DNA from: a virus
Taxonomy: Duplodnaviria > Caudoviricetes
Virus record (IMG/VR): IMGVR_UViG_3300038809_000015
Span: 1 to 41,860 of that record
Direction: 5' to 3' (one strand)
DNA length: 41,860 nucleotides
The notes beneath the pieces were generated by a model, which saw nothing but the letters and a program-made list of their open reading frames with translations, did no database searches and had not been told where the DNA came from. Of the stretch, positions 1 through 7,929 are shown piece by piece. The stretch's first letter is position 1. Each line of letters starts with the position of its first letter. Both the position numbers and the translations under genes were made by a program.

Positions 1-55
1 ATTCGCCAAGGCATGGCCCGCTATCAGCAAAACAATTTACACAGGTATGGTCGTG
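1..55 (+). repeat. Terminal direct repeat, copy 1 (assembly overlap)
   Basis: attcgccaag...tatggtcgtg is identical to 41806-41860. Confidence 0.95.
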
Positions 56-73
56 TTTATTGTCGTTCATTCA

Positions 74-337
74 TTATCTCCCGGCGGCTTCCCGCCATTG
101 AATCAGCGTGGCCACTTGGCCGGCACAGATTGATAAAGCTGTTTTTAGTGCCAGCGAATAGCTGCCGGCATCGCCCCAGGTATCACCCTGCAGCGTTGGC
201 TGTTCGCAAGGTTTGAATACTGACTCAGGGGGAAATAAAACTATTGGCGCTGGCGGCGTTGGTATCCGATCAGCGCAGGAGCTCAAGAACAGCGTCAGGC
301 ATGCGCTCAGCAGCACATTTGTTGTTTTTGATCGCAT
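74..337 (-). CDS. Outer-membrane spanin (Rz1-like lipoprotein)
   Basis: Signal peptide with lipobox LSSC, Pro-rich linker (PTPPAP), overlaps the 3' end of the i-spanin. Confidence 0.85.
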   Translation of the reverse strand: MRSKTTNVLLSACLTLFLSSCADRIPTPPAPIVLFPPESVFKPCEQPTLQGDTWGDAGSYSLALKTALSICAGQVATLIQWREAAGR

Positions 338-599
338 CCTGATATTTCCTCTGGTAGATTTCGCCCTGCTGGCGCAGTTGCTGCTCTCTTTGCTGTTGTT
401 CTGCTGCTAAGGCTCTGCTCTTCCGGTCTTGTTCTTGCAGGGTTGAGATTAGTCCTGACTGCTGCGCCAGCGTGTTTTCCTGCTGCTTAACCTGCTCACC
501 AGCCTTTACCGCGTTACCGTGGAAATGAAACGCCAGCCATGTCAACGCAACGAAGATGAGGAGCAACACAGCAGCGATAGCGGCGGTAACCCGATTCAT
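270..599 (-). CDS. Inner-membrane spanin (Rz-like)
   Basis: N-terminal TM helix, Gln-rich coiled coil, C-terminal Cys; directly after the endolysin. Confidence 0.85.
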   Translation of the reverse strand: MNRVTAAIAAVLLLIFVALTWLAFHFHGNAVKAGEQVKQQENTLAQQSGLISTLQEQDRKSRALAAEQQQREQQLRQQGEIYQRKYQDAIKNNKCAAERMPDAVLELLR

Positions 600-1081
600 T
601 TCTGGCCCCAGTTACAAATTTCACGCTCAACCTCGCGGCGGTTAATCAGCCCCTTCCAGACCTTTCCTCCGGCTTTATTCCAGCGGCGCATTTCATCACA
701 GGCACCGGCACTGTCCCCCGCATTGAGTTTTTTCAGCAGAGTAGAAGACTCGAAGGCTTTGACGCCGACGTTATAGCTAAAGCTGATCAGTGCGGCTTTC
801 TGGTATTCGCTCGCTGGCACCTTCACGGAACGATCAACAGAACGGGCGAACGGTATTAGGTCTTTATTCAGCATCGCCTTGCATTCAGCTTCGCTGTACG
901 TTTTACCGGGGATAATGTCGGCCCCGGTATGCCCATAGCAAACCGTCAGCACACCAACAACATCGCGATATGGCTTGTACTCGACACCTTCCAGCGAAGG
1001 AATCAGCGCCGCGGCGATTGCCATGGCGCCAGCCGCAGCCACACCAGCCAGCTTTTTCTTTAAAGATGATGTGATTGCCAT
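596..1081 (-). CDS. SAR endolysin, GH24 lysozyme
   Basis: Start re-assigned to MAITSS; Ala/Gly-rich SAR segment, then an E-X8-D-X5-T triad ([16 protein letters not shown]) and a GLINRR motif. Confidence 0.92.
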   Translation of the reverse strand: MAITSSLKKKLAGVAAAGAMAIAAALIPSLEGVEYKPYRDVVGVLTVCYGHTGADIIPGKTYSEAECKAMLNKDLIPFARSVDRSVKVPASEYQKAALISFSYNVGVKAFESSTLLKKLNAGDSAGACDEMRRWNKAGGKVWKGLINRREVEREICNWGQK

Positions 1082-1082
1082 A

Positions 1083-1379
1083 TCAGCCCTCAGCCCTGCG
1101 CATTGCTTCCGCGACCACTTCCACCGCTGCCGGACGCTCACCTTCTGGCTTAACTGAAACGCCGTGCAGGTAGTCCTGCATAATTTGAGTACGCCGACGT
1201 TCTTCCGCCAAACGCTCTCGCTCCTCTTTCCGCTTGGCGTAGTAAGTTTTGATCGTGAAGAAGGCTGATATCACTGCGCCAATGATGAATATGTAATCCT
1301 GCAGCGACAGCAACGAAAAGAAGCCGAGCAGTGCCGACCACCAGTACGGCAGGTTTGGATTGTCTGGGTGCATTTTCAT
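1083..1379 (-). CDS. Holin with Met-Lys-Met dual-start motif
   Basis: Hydrophobic N-terminal half, charged C-terminus, GGAGG SD, first gene of the lysis cassette. Confidence 0.8.
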   Translation of the reverse strand: MKMHPDNPNLPYWWSALLGFFSLLSLQDYIFIIGAVISAFFTIKTYYAKRKEERERLAEERRRTQIMQDYLHGVSVKPEGERPAAVEVVAEAMRRAEG

Positions 1380-1503
1380 GACTCCACCTCCCGGTTATCG
1401 GGCTGTGCTGTGGGAAATAAAGGATCAGCCACCAGCCGTAAACGAGTAGGCGATACGGGGTGTGCCAGGTGTGTGTCGGATGTTGGCTGGGGCTGAAAAC
1501 GAG

Positions 1504-1526
1504 AAAACCCCGCCGAAGCGAGGTTT
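1504..1526 (-). terminator. Late-leader terminator (tR'-like)
   Basis: Minus strand aaacctcgc-ttcg-gcggggtttt hairpin plus U tract, between Q and the holin. Confidence 0.65.
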
Positions 1527-1544
1527 ATAAAGTTGATAAGCTAC

Positions 1545-1600
1545 GTGACTGCGTAACCACTCTTATCACAATAGCCAGTAAAATTCGTAACGAAAAGCGC
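1545..1600 (-). promoter_or_regulatory. Probable late promoter pR'/qut region
   Basis: Immediately downstream of Q; minus-strand -10-like TATTGT; followed by a terminator. Confidence 0.45.
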
Positions 1601-1604
1601 AATT

Positions 1605-2003
1605 TTACGCGACTGCCAAAATTTCTGTTTTGTTGGTCCAGGCGTCCATCTCGAGTGTTGCGCCTGTCATTGCTAGACACCCCTCTATAAAGCTCTCAGC
1701 CATCATCAGCTTTTGTCTTATATTTCCCTCTGAAACCTTCCATCTGCGGGCTATCTCCGATTTGGACACCCCGTAGCGATAATGGAGCATGATTACGCCA
1801 AGCTCTTTTTCATCGCGAACTTTCTTCAGTCTACCTACTGCACCATCAACAATCAGACCGTCATTATCGCAGCATGAAGGTCTACTCTTGCTCGTATTCG
1901 CCAGTAGGCCTTTAAACCCTGCAGCAATCGGCGAGTAGTCTACGCCGCTATTATCTTTCGCCCACTGCCCCCAACGCTCTAATACCAACTGGATATCTCT
2001 CAT
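1605..2003 (-). CDS. Q: Late antiterminator Q
   Basis: MRDIQLVLERWGQW...CCDNDGL...AESFIEGCL is typical of the antiterminator Q family; lies upstream of lysis. Confidence 0.9.
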   Translation of the reverse strand: MRDIQLVLERWGQWAKDNSGVDYSPIAAGFKGLLANTSKSRPSCCDNDGLIVDGAVGRLKKVRDEKELGVIMLHYRYGVSKSEIARRWKVSEGNIRQKLMMAESFIEGCLAMTGATLEMDAWTNKTEILAVA

Positions 2004-2356
2004 ATAATTTCCTTGATGATTATCTCGCCGGCATTACCCCAGCGTTTGGTTACGCGGACATCCCAAACGGCGCAATCCTCAGAGTAGATAGCATCCATAA
2101 GGGCCTTTAATAGGTTGTCTGCATCTGGCTTTTGCTGATGTGGCTTACCGGCCATCTCAGTGCGTTTCTTCTTGCTCCAGCTATCTGGCATGGGTAATAC
2201 AAATGTCACGTGATAGCCGCTCTCAGGCAGCGATATGCGATGTAATCTCACCTCATCGCAGAATGCCCGGTAACGGAGAACTGGCGGGCGCTTGGCCCAC
2301 CGGTCTTTTTGTGTTTGGCGTGGCTTCGGAATTGGTGTGATGAGGTAGTTCTTCAT
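2000..2356 (-). CDS. rusA: RusA-family Holliday junction resolvase
   Basis: PIPKPR, KPDADNLLKALMDA and EDCAVWD motifs. Confidence 0.88.
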   Translation of the reverse strand: MKNYLITPIPKPRQTQKDRWAKRPPVLRYRAFCDEVRLHRISLPESGYHVTFVLPMPDSWSKKKRTEMAGKPHQQKPDADNLLKALMDAIYSEDCAVWDVRVTKRWGNAGEIIIKEII

Positions 2357-3327
2357 GCGATAGCCCCGATACCAAATGAGAAATCCAGGAACTCAAACAA
2401 CAGCTCTACCTGGCTGCCATGCTCCGCTTCCCAAGCAGCAACATCGTCATGCAGTGCGTCGTGACATTTCCGGCATAACGGGATAGTGAAAAAGTCGTGG
2501 GCTTTGGTTCCCATTCCACCTTGCCCATGCCCGATAATGTGGTGAGGGTCATCAGAACGAGCACCGCAGCCGCAGCATGGCCGTGTCTTCACCCATCGGG
2601 TGTACTTACTATCCTCGGCTCGGGTTCTTTTGGGACGCAGCATAAAGGCTCCTGGGACTTCTGCATCGACCTTGAAAACTTTCATTGCGGTCTTTGCCAG
2701 GATCTCTGTAGGTGCAGGCCCAACAGCCATTTCGGATTCCTTCCGTGCTCCAGATACCCTTACCGGATTAGGTAACGCCAAGAGCTGCGCTGAAATTTCA
2801 TTGGGGATCAGATCAACTACGCCGGAAATTGTCGCCCACAAAACAAGCTCAGGAATTGTTAGTTGCCCTTCTGACTTGAGCCGCCATTTCGCGGTTTCAA
2901 CAACCCAGCGAGCCATGTTCACGTTCGCTATTGCATCAAGCTTTGGCGATGTATGCCCGTCAGTCCTGTTGTCACAGCTCCAGCAGATACGCATGGCAGC
3001 ATGACCATAACGACGCGTGGTCAGGTTGGACGAGTGGCTATCGCTGGCATATTGGCATTGGGTGAAACGCGTTGCCCAGGCCTCCATCGAGTTGATACCA
3101 CCAGCAGCGTTAATAACTCGCTCATGCTGAAAGAATGGCTGCAGGCGTGGGTCGTTCGCTATCTCATGCTCTACCTTCGGTAAAATTCCGTCTGGGAGGT
3201 CTTTCATCTCGTCCGGCAGTGTTGATACCAGCACGCGGCCTGTCAGGTGTGAGAGCAACTCGCCACCAGCCTTAATCATCGCGATGCCCAGATCGCGCTG
3301 TACGTTAGATTTCACTATTGCTCTCAT
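2353..3327 (-). CDS. DUF968-type protein with C-terminal HNH-like/Zn domain
   Basis: Start at MRAIVK, coupled to the upstream stop; C-terminal CCGC...DDPHH...PLCRKCH. Confidence 0.8.
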   Translation of the reverse strand: MRAIVKSNVQRDLGIAMIKAGGELLSHLTGRVLVSTLPDEMKDLPDGILPKVEHEIANDPRLQPFFQHERVINAAGGINSMEAWATRFTQCQYASDSHSSNLTTRRYGHAAMRICWSCDNRTDGHTSPKLDAIANVNMARWVVETAKWRLKSEGQLTIPELVLWATISGVVDLIPNEISAQLLALPNPVRVSGARKESEMAVGPAPTEILAKTAMKVFKVDAEVPGAFMLRPKRTRAEDSKYTRWVKTRPCCGCGARSDDPHHIIGHGQGGMGTKAHDFFTIPLCRKCHDALHDDVAAWEAEHGSQVELLFEFLDFSFGIGAIA

Positions 3328-4346
3328 GCCTGCGCTCCTGCCATTGCGTATGCTCGGGTTAAAATTGGACGCCACATCTGGCGGGCCTTGCTTTCGTCAA
3401 CATTGCCAAAGCCGTTTTTGCGTACCTGCTGCTGAGCTCGTTTTTCTGCAGCGTTAGCTGGCATCGCGGCATCACGGATTAAGCGGTCAAAGGACTCATC
3501 AAAATCTATTTCTGGAGCATCGCCAGCCGGGAGCTCCTGACGCTGTTGCTCTACTGCATCGGCCATAGCTGCTTTGCGAGTGCGCTGTACATTCCAGGTG
3601 TTGGCCGCAGCCAGGTAGCCGCTGAAACGAACCGGGTCAAAAATCATCTTTGCACTCAGCATGTGCCCCATTGCAGGATTGCTCAGCAACAGGCTAGCGC
3701 GGTGTTCAGCCACCAGTTTCAGCTCGTCCACGGTGTTTCCCTCAACCAAGCGCTCTGTGATTTCTCTCAGGGTATTAACCCGCTTCGGGGTCTTGCCGTT
3801 GATTTTCTCATTCAAAAAATCCAGCACTTCCCCAGCCATGCCCGATGTATCCGCCGCAGGTTGTTCGTTCTGGGGGGCTATAGGGGGTTTTTCTTTTGGT
3901 TCAATGACTGGTTCAAAAGAGTGACTGGTTCTGGTGCCATCAGGTGACATAGGGGGTGTGCTTTCTGACGGCACAGGGGGTGCCACCTGCTGACATAGCC
4001 CTGTGCTTTTTGGCGGCATAGGGCTATGCTTTTTGACGGCACAGGGGGCTATGCTTTCTGACGACACAGGGGTATCCAATGTCAGGTAGTAAAGGTTCGA
4101 GGTATTTCCCTTGCCGTTGTTCACGCCCAAACGGTTCTCTTTGGTGATTAATCCCATCTTAATCAACGCCTCAATGTGCGCCCTCACAGCGCTTTTGCTG
4201 CACTCGCAGTGGTCAGCGACATGCTGATAGGAAGGCCAGCACTCGCCCTTGTCGTTAGCGTTGTCGGCTATCTTGATCAGCACCAGCTTGCGCAGTGGGT
4301 TACCCACTTTGATGCTCATAGCCTGCGCCATCAGGTTCATGCTCAT
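3324..4346 (-). CDS. Replication initiator (N-terminal HTH)
   Basis: KLVLIKIADNANDKGECWPSYQHVADHCE HTH; Pro-rich linker coincides with DNA iterons; position after cII. Confidence 0.88.
   Translation of the reverse strand: MSMNLMAQAMSIKVGNPLRKLVLIKIADNANDKGECWPSYQHVADHCECSKSAVRAHIEALIKMGLITKENRLGVNNGKGNTSNLYYLTLDTPVSSESIAPCAVKKHSPMPPKSTGLCQQVAPPVPSESTPPMSPDGTRTSHSFEPVIEPKEKPPIAPQNEQPAADTSGMAGEVLDFLNEKINGKTPKRVNTLREITERLVEGNTVDELKLVAEHRASLLLSNPAMGHMLSAKMIFDPVRFSGYLAAANTWNVQRTRKAAMADAVEQQRQELPAGDAPEIDFDESFDRLIRDAAMPANAAEKRAQQQVRKNGFGNVDESKARQMWRPILTRAYAMAGAQA
3935..4072. repeat. Replication-origin iterons inside the initiator gene
   Basis: TGCTTT(C/T)TG(A/G)CG(G/A)CA(C/T)AGGG at 3959, 4004, 4027 and 4052; degenerate copies at 3935 and 3981. 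Confidence 0.8.
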
Positions 4347-4519
4347 ACTTCGACTCGCTTAAATTTCTCTTTAAATCGCTCAAGTGGCTGCATGCATTCA
4401 TACGGGTAGCCCTCTCGCATAAAAATCACCTGTTGCTCAGCCCGATCCCACCGAATGACAGTCACGCGTTTACCGTGGTCATCAAGGTATTTCCGGTTTA
4501 ATGGGACGGATTGGCTCAT
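4343..4519 (-). CDS. Small DUF4222-like protein (58 aa; not in ORF track)
   Basis: MSQSVPLNRKYLDDHGKRVTVIRWD...ECMQPLERFKEKFKRVEV; ATGA-coupled to the initiator. Confidence 0.75.
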   Translation of the reverse strand: MSQSVPLNRKYLDDHGKRVTVIRWDRAEQQVIFMREGYPYECMQPLERFKEKFKRVEV

Positions 4520-4521
4520 GG

Positions 4522-5286
4522 TTAACTCGCCATCAGTTCGGATGCGTAGCGCTCAGCGATCCACTGAATGCCGCGTGGCGTTACCCTGGTCTGCGTAAAG
4601 GCGTGACCAGACTGCTCGGCGGTACCGGTTTTGACGGTGAAGTTTCCTGAGTGATGATGGCTGGCATACGGCAACAGATTCCCAGACTGACGGAACAGAA
4701 CCTTGTCGCGGATAAGGGCGTCGATCATGGCTCTTTCTGGCATGTTAAGAACCTTGGCCGTTGCGCGGAGACTTTTGGAACCAGCGGTTTCGACGTAGTG
4801 ATCAACAAAAGCCACTTTCGGGGCATCTTCCTGAACCTTCTGCTCAAGCACAGCTTTTTGTTCAGCGATATCAGCGGCTAGGCGCAATGCTTCAGGAAGG
4901 GTCTGCGGCAATACCGGAACCCGTTTCTGTTTCAGAATTTCAAGAACACTGCGGCGGACAGCCTTAGATTCGCGCATACCGACCAATACAGCCTGATCGT
5001 TGGAGATGCGGAGTTGCTCCGACTTTGTTCCGTTCAAATTTTGAACTACGAAAGTTTCGTAGTGGTCACCTTCAAGCTCATCTTTCACACGCAAAACAAA
5101 ATCGTTGTTACGTACCGGCCTCTCTCCGTGAACAGAACGCGCCTTATTGATAATCCCCAGAAGCTCATCAGTGCCGATGAAATCGCCACCAGCCAGAGCA
5201 ACGTTATTGCCAGGTGCTGGACTGTTTGCCATAATCAGGTTCTGGTTTGTCATATCGACCTTGCTATGGTTGCTTTGATAGTTCAT
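4522..5286 (-). CDS. Phage antirepressor with C-terminal KilAC (ANT) domain
   Basis: LPQTLPEALRLAAD...APKVAFVD...QTRVTPRG signature. Confidence 0.85.
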   Translation of the reverse strand: MNYQSNHSKVDMTNQNLIMANSPAPGNNVALAGGDFIGTDELLGIINKARSVHGERPVRNNDFVLRVKDELEGDHYETFVVQNLNGTKSEQLRISNDQAVLVGMRESKAVRRSVLEILKQKRVPVLPQTLPEALRLAADIAEQKAVLEQKVQEDAPKVAFVDHYVETAGSKSLRATAKVLNMPERAMIDALIRDKVLFRQSGNLLPYASHHHSGNFTVKTGTAEQSGHAFTQTRVTPRGIQWIAERYASELMAS

Positions 5287-5302
5287 GACATTCCTCTCTT
5301 AG

Positions 5303-5569
5303 TTAGAAAAGTGATGGCCGACCAGTTGCAGCTGCTCGGCTTTTTTTCTTCCCTGCCACAGGCTTCTCGTCCTTCGTGCAGCTCCCCAACACATGCCGCC
5401 GAGCCATTGCGAGACAGTCGTCATACATCGCACCTTTCTTGCTCGCCTGTGACTTTCGGCGATACAGATCCGCTGCGTACTGCCCCCCCCCTACAGCTAA
5501 CGCCTCACTGAATCCCTCAGCTATCAGCTGCTTCCTGACGTTTTCATAAACGAATATGTCCCAAGCCAT
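5303..5569 (-). CDS. Hypothetical early protein
   Basis: Abuts the cII stop; in operon. Confidence 0.65.
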   Translation of the reverse strand: MAWDIFVYENVRKQLIAEGFSEALAVGGGQYAADLYRRKSQASKKGAMYDDCLAMARRHVLGSCTKDEKPVAGKKKSRAAATGRPSLF

Positions 5570-5896
5570 TTAGTCCCATCCCAGCGGCTCTGGCCGCATG
5601 CGTTCAGCCTTCATCCCAATCTCAGCCAGCGTCTCCATCGAAAAGAGATAGTCACGACGAACAAGAACCGCACCTGGTGGTGCCAGTTGGATCCCCAGCT
5701 CCGTCAGCAATCGGCAAAATTGCTCAATGTGACCGCCCTTTCCCTTCCACCGGCTAAGCGTCGATTCATCAACGCTAATTGCGTCTGCCACCGGCTTTTG
5801 CCCAACTGATGCAAGGCGTTTGAGAATCAAGCCTTCCATTTCAACTGGCTTGAGTTTCGGTAGTTCTGACTTGCGTGCTATTGCATTGTTTTCCAT
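5570..5896 (-). CDS. cII: CII-family transcriptional activator
   Basis: GQKPVADAISVDESTLSRWK HTH resembles lambdoid CII; directly after cro. Confidence 0.8.
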   Translation of the reverse strand: MENNAIARKSELPKLKPVEMEGLILKRLASVGQKPVADAISVDESTLSRWKGKGGHIEQFCRLLTELGIQLAPPGAVLVRRDYLFSMETLAEIGMKAERMRPEPLGWD

Positions 5897-5910
5897 TGAT
5901 AATTCCCTTA

Positions 5911-6126
5911 TCAGCTTGCATCTAATAGGTCAGCCAAATCAGGGCGAATTTCTACAGCCGTAACCTGACCACCAGTGGCATTAACAATTAACTTGACGTA
6001 GCGAGCATCAAGGCCACCACCATGCAGCCACCGCCAAACTGTTGGCTGCTTTACGCCACAAAGAGATGCGAGCTTCTGCTGGCTACCTACGATGCTTACG
6101 GCTTTTTGAATAGCTTCGTTCATCAC
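5911..6126 (-). CDS. cro: Cro-like repressor
   Basis: GSQQKLASLCGVKQPTVWRW...IRPDL; divergent from cI. Confidence 0.88.
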   Translation of the reverse strand: MMNEAIQKAVSIVGSQQKLASLCGVKQPTVWRWLHGGGLDARYVKLIVNATGGQVTAVEIRPDLADLLDAS

Positions 6127-6155
6127 TTAATCCTTAAACGTATTAATCAACACGG

Positions 6156-6184
6156 ATAATAGCAATGAGTATAGATAACATCAA
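6156..6184 (-). promoter_or_regulatory. PR promoter
   Basis: Minus strand TTGATG-17 nt-TATTAT, overlapped by operators. Confidence 0.75.
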
Positions 6185-6221
6185 TAGCAATGTGAATTTG
6201 ACGCTTGATAGCGGCAGCTAT
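6159..6221. promoter_or_regulatory. OR: three operators, consensus ATAGC-N4-GCTAT
   Basis: atagcaatgagtat 6159, atagcaatgtgaat 6184, atagcggcagctat 6208. Confidence 0.8.
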
Positions 6222-6226
6222 AAATT
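6198..6226 (+). promoter_or_regulatory. PRM-like promoter (probably leaderless cI mRNA)
   Basis: TTGACG-17 nt-TAAATT ends 7 nt before ATG 6234; no SD. Confidence 0.65.
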
Positions 6227-6233
6227 TGCGCAT

Positions 6234-6827
6234 ATGAAAACTACTCTTGCTGAACGCCTTAACCAGGCAATGTCTTTACGCGATAACATGACTCAGGCAG
6301 CTCTAGCTGAGGCATCAGGTGTCGCTCAACCTACGATTTGGCGTCTGACTAAAGGAAAGGCTAAAACTTCAGGGAAAGTGGTTGATATTGCGAATGCTCT
6401 AGGCGTGAATGTTGAATGGTTGGCTAACGGCGTAGGAGAAATGGAAGGCCCATCTTCCACACCGCCAATACGAGCAGATCGATCCCATCAGATACCTATA
6501 TGGAATGAGCATGGGGAAACTGATGATTTCGTCATGTCACCAAAAGGTAAGCCTGGGGCGACTTGGCGGGCGTACATACTCGAAAGGAACAGTGGCTGCG
6601 CAGATGCTCCAGCCGGTTCCATTATCATTATTGATAGTTCCATAAAACCCGGAACTGGCGATTTAGTCGTTGCTCAAGTCAATAGGTCCATTTCTGCTTA
6701 CCGATTCCTTGATGGTGGGGATAACGGGTTTTTGGCCGTAGATGACAACCGCGTACCGCTGATTCCGATATCAGAAGGAACACTACTTGGAGTGGTTGTA
6801 TTGCTTCTCCGAGATTTCAGGATGTAG
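6234..6827 (+). CDS. cI: CI-like repressor: XRE HTH plus degenerate S24-like C-terminal domain
   Basis: MKTTLAERL...TQAALAEASGVAQPTIWRL; C-terminal GSIIIID...GDLVVA...GVVV pattern; start re-assigned to 6234. Confidence 0.9.
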   Translation: MKTTLAERLNQAMSLRDNMTQAALAEASGVAQPTIWRLTKGKAKTSGKVVDIANALGVNVEWLANGVGEMEGPSSTPPIRADRSHQIPIWNEHGETDDFVMSPKGKPGATWRAYILERNSGCADAPAGSIIIIDSSIKPGTGDLVVAQVNRSISAYRFLDGGDNGFLAVDDNRVPLIPISEGTLLGVVVLLLRDFRM

Positions 6828-6833
6828 TAATCC

Positions 6834-6855
6834 ATACCCTGCTCAGGCAGGGTAT
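6834..6855. terminator. Hairpin after cI (weak terminator)
   Basis: ataccctgc-tcag-gcagggtat; no strong U tract on either strand. Confidence 0.45.
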
Positions 6856-6937
6856 TCAATTCATAAACCCCCACCCCTTTCCTCTCCAACAAAGAAACCA
6901 TACCTGCCCCCAGAAGTATTAATTAAACACCAAAATA

Positions 6938-6953
6938 CTGTACATAAACACAG
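6938..6953. promoter_or_regulatory. LexA (SOS) box 1
   Basis: ta-CTG tacataaaca CAG-tt matches CTGT-N8-ACAG. Confidence 0.85.
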
Positions 6954-6961
6954 TTATTTTT

Positions 6962-6989
6962 AGCTTACCCCTATCCATGTGAAAATCAA
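6962..6989 (-). promoter_or_regulatory. Leftward promoter pointing antisense into cI
   Basis: Minus strand TTGATT-16 nt-TAAGCT with LexA box 1 at the start site. Confidence 0.55.
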
Positions 6990-7087
6990 CCTCCTTACGT
7001 TCTGTGGTATTTAATACACAAAAGAATAAAAAATTCGACCGCCAAGCAAATCCCTTCAAATTAAATTTACTTTTAATACATCAAATT

Positions 7088-7147
7088 ATAGCCATTCGTA
7101 TTGTAATTTACTCAATACCCATTGCTATCATCAATACTCATGGCTAT
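7088..7147. promoter_or_regulatory. OL: three operators
   Basis: atagccattcgtat 7088, atacccattgctat 7115, atactcatggctat 7134; same consensus as OR. Confidence 0.8.
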
Positions 7148-7150
7148 TAT
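7122..7150 (+). promoter_or_regulatory. PL promoter
   Basis: TTGCTA-17 nt-TATTAT overlapped by operators. Confidence 0.75.
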
Positions 7151-7191
7151 CACTCCATCGACAGCAACAACGTCACCCCAAACCACCGGGA

Positions 7192-7205
7192 CGCTCTTTA
7201 CACAA
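7192..7205 (+). promoter_or_regulatory. boxA-like antitermination element
   Basis: CGCTCTTTACACAA about 35 nt after the PL start, close to the boxA consensus CGCTCTTTAACAA. Confidence 0.65.
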
Positions 7206-7346
7206 TTTGGATATTCATCGGCAGCTGAGCAGAGAAATCTGCCCAACTCAGCACCCTGAAACTCCCCAGTACTCGCAAGCGGCGAAGTGGACTCAGGCAT
7301 GTAGCGGACAGCTGCCGATGAAACGCGAAAGCGTTCACTCTAAATT
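7204..7346 (+). ncRNA. Structured PL-leader RNA element 1
   Basis: 14-bp perfect stem 7214-7227/7309-7322; GAAA-tetraloop hairpins 7229-7242 and 7322-7335; internal cctga/tcagg stem. Confidence 0.55.
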
Positions 7347-7368
7347 CCCCTACAAAGAGGCATTTACA

Positions 7369-7896
7369 GTGAATTACTGCAAACCGTGTGCGACAGACGA
7401 ATTGTTAAAAATAGTTCGTTACGACCCTGTAACTGGGAAGTTCTTCACCCCTGACGGAAAAGAGAAAGCGGTACGCGTCGATCACCGCGGCTACCATCGG
7501 ATTTCGGTTGGTAAGTTCGGTAAGAGATTGGCTCACCGTGTCGCCTGGGCTCTGATGAATAACGCTTGGCCAAAACAACATATTGACCATGTCGACCAGA
7601 ACAAACTGAACAATATCTATTCAAATCTCCGCGAATGCTCCCACAACGACAACCAGCACAACCAACCCAGACGGCGAAATAACAAAAGCGGGTTTAAAGG
7701 TGTTTGTTGGATGAAATCTAACAGCAAGTGGCACGCTCAGATTTGCACGAATAGCAAAGTAAAAAGCCTTGGTTTTTTCACAGAAAAAGAAGATGCGGCA
7801 AGAGCTTATGACATTGCCGCCCTCGAGCTTCATGGCGAGTTCGCTCACACGAACTTCGCGAAAGAACAGTATACCGCTGCCAATACGGGGCGGTAG
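7369..7896 (+). CDS. HNH endonuclease with C-terminal AP2 domain
   Basis: GTG start behind AGAGG; AHRVAW, IDHVDQNKLNN...NLR, SGFKGVCW...WHAQI...LGFF...AARAY. Confidence 0.9.
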   Translation: MNYCKPCATDELLKIVRYDPVTGKFFTPDGKEKAVRVDHRGYHRISVGKFGKRLAHRVAWALMNNAWPKQHIDHVDQNKLNNIYSNLRECSHNDNQHNQPRRRNNKSGFKGVCWMKSNSKWHAQICTNSKVKSLGFFTEKEDAARAYDIAALELHGEFAHTNFAKEQYTAANTGR

Positions 7897-7929
7897 GCAT
7901 AAGACCACTACACAGCAGAGGGTTACACG

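Noticed and set aside
3935-4072. CRISPR- or TIGR-like array
   Set aside because: Degenerate repeats without unique spacers, inside the initiator CDS; these are iterons
7310-7340. Hammerhead ribozyme (ccgatga...gaaa)
   Set aside because: Core is CCGATGA rather than CTGANGA, and the GAAA is a hairpin loop, not the segment after stem II
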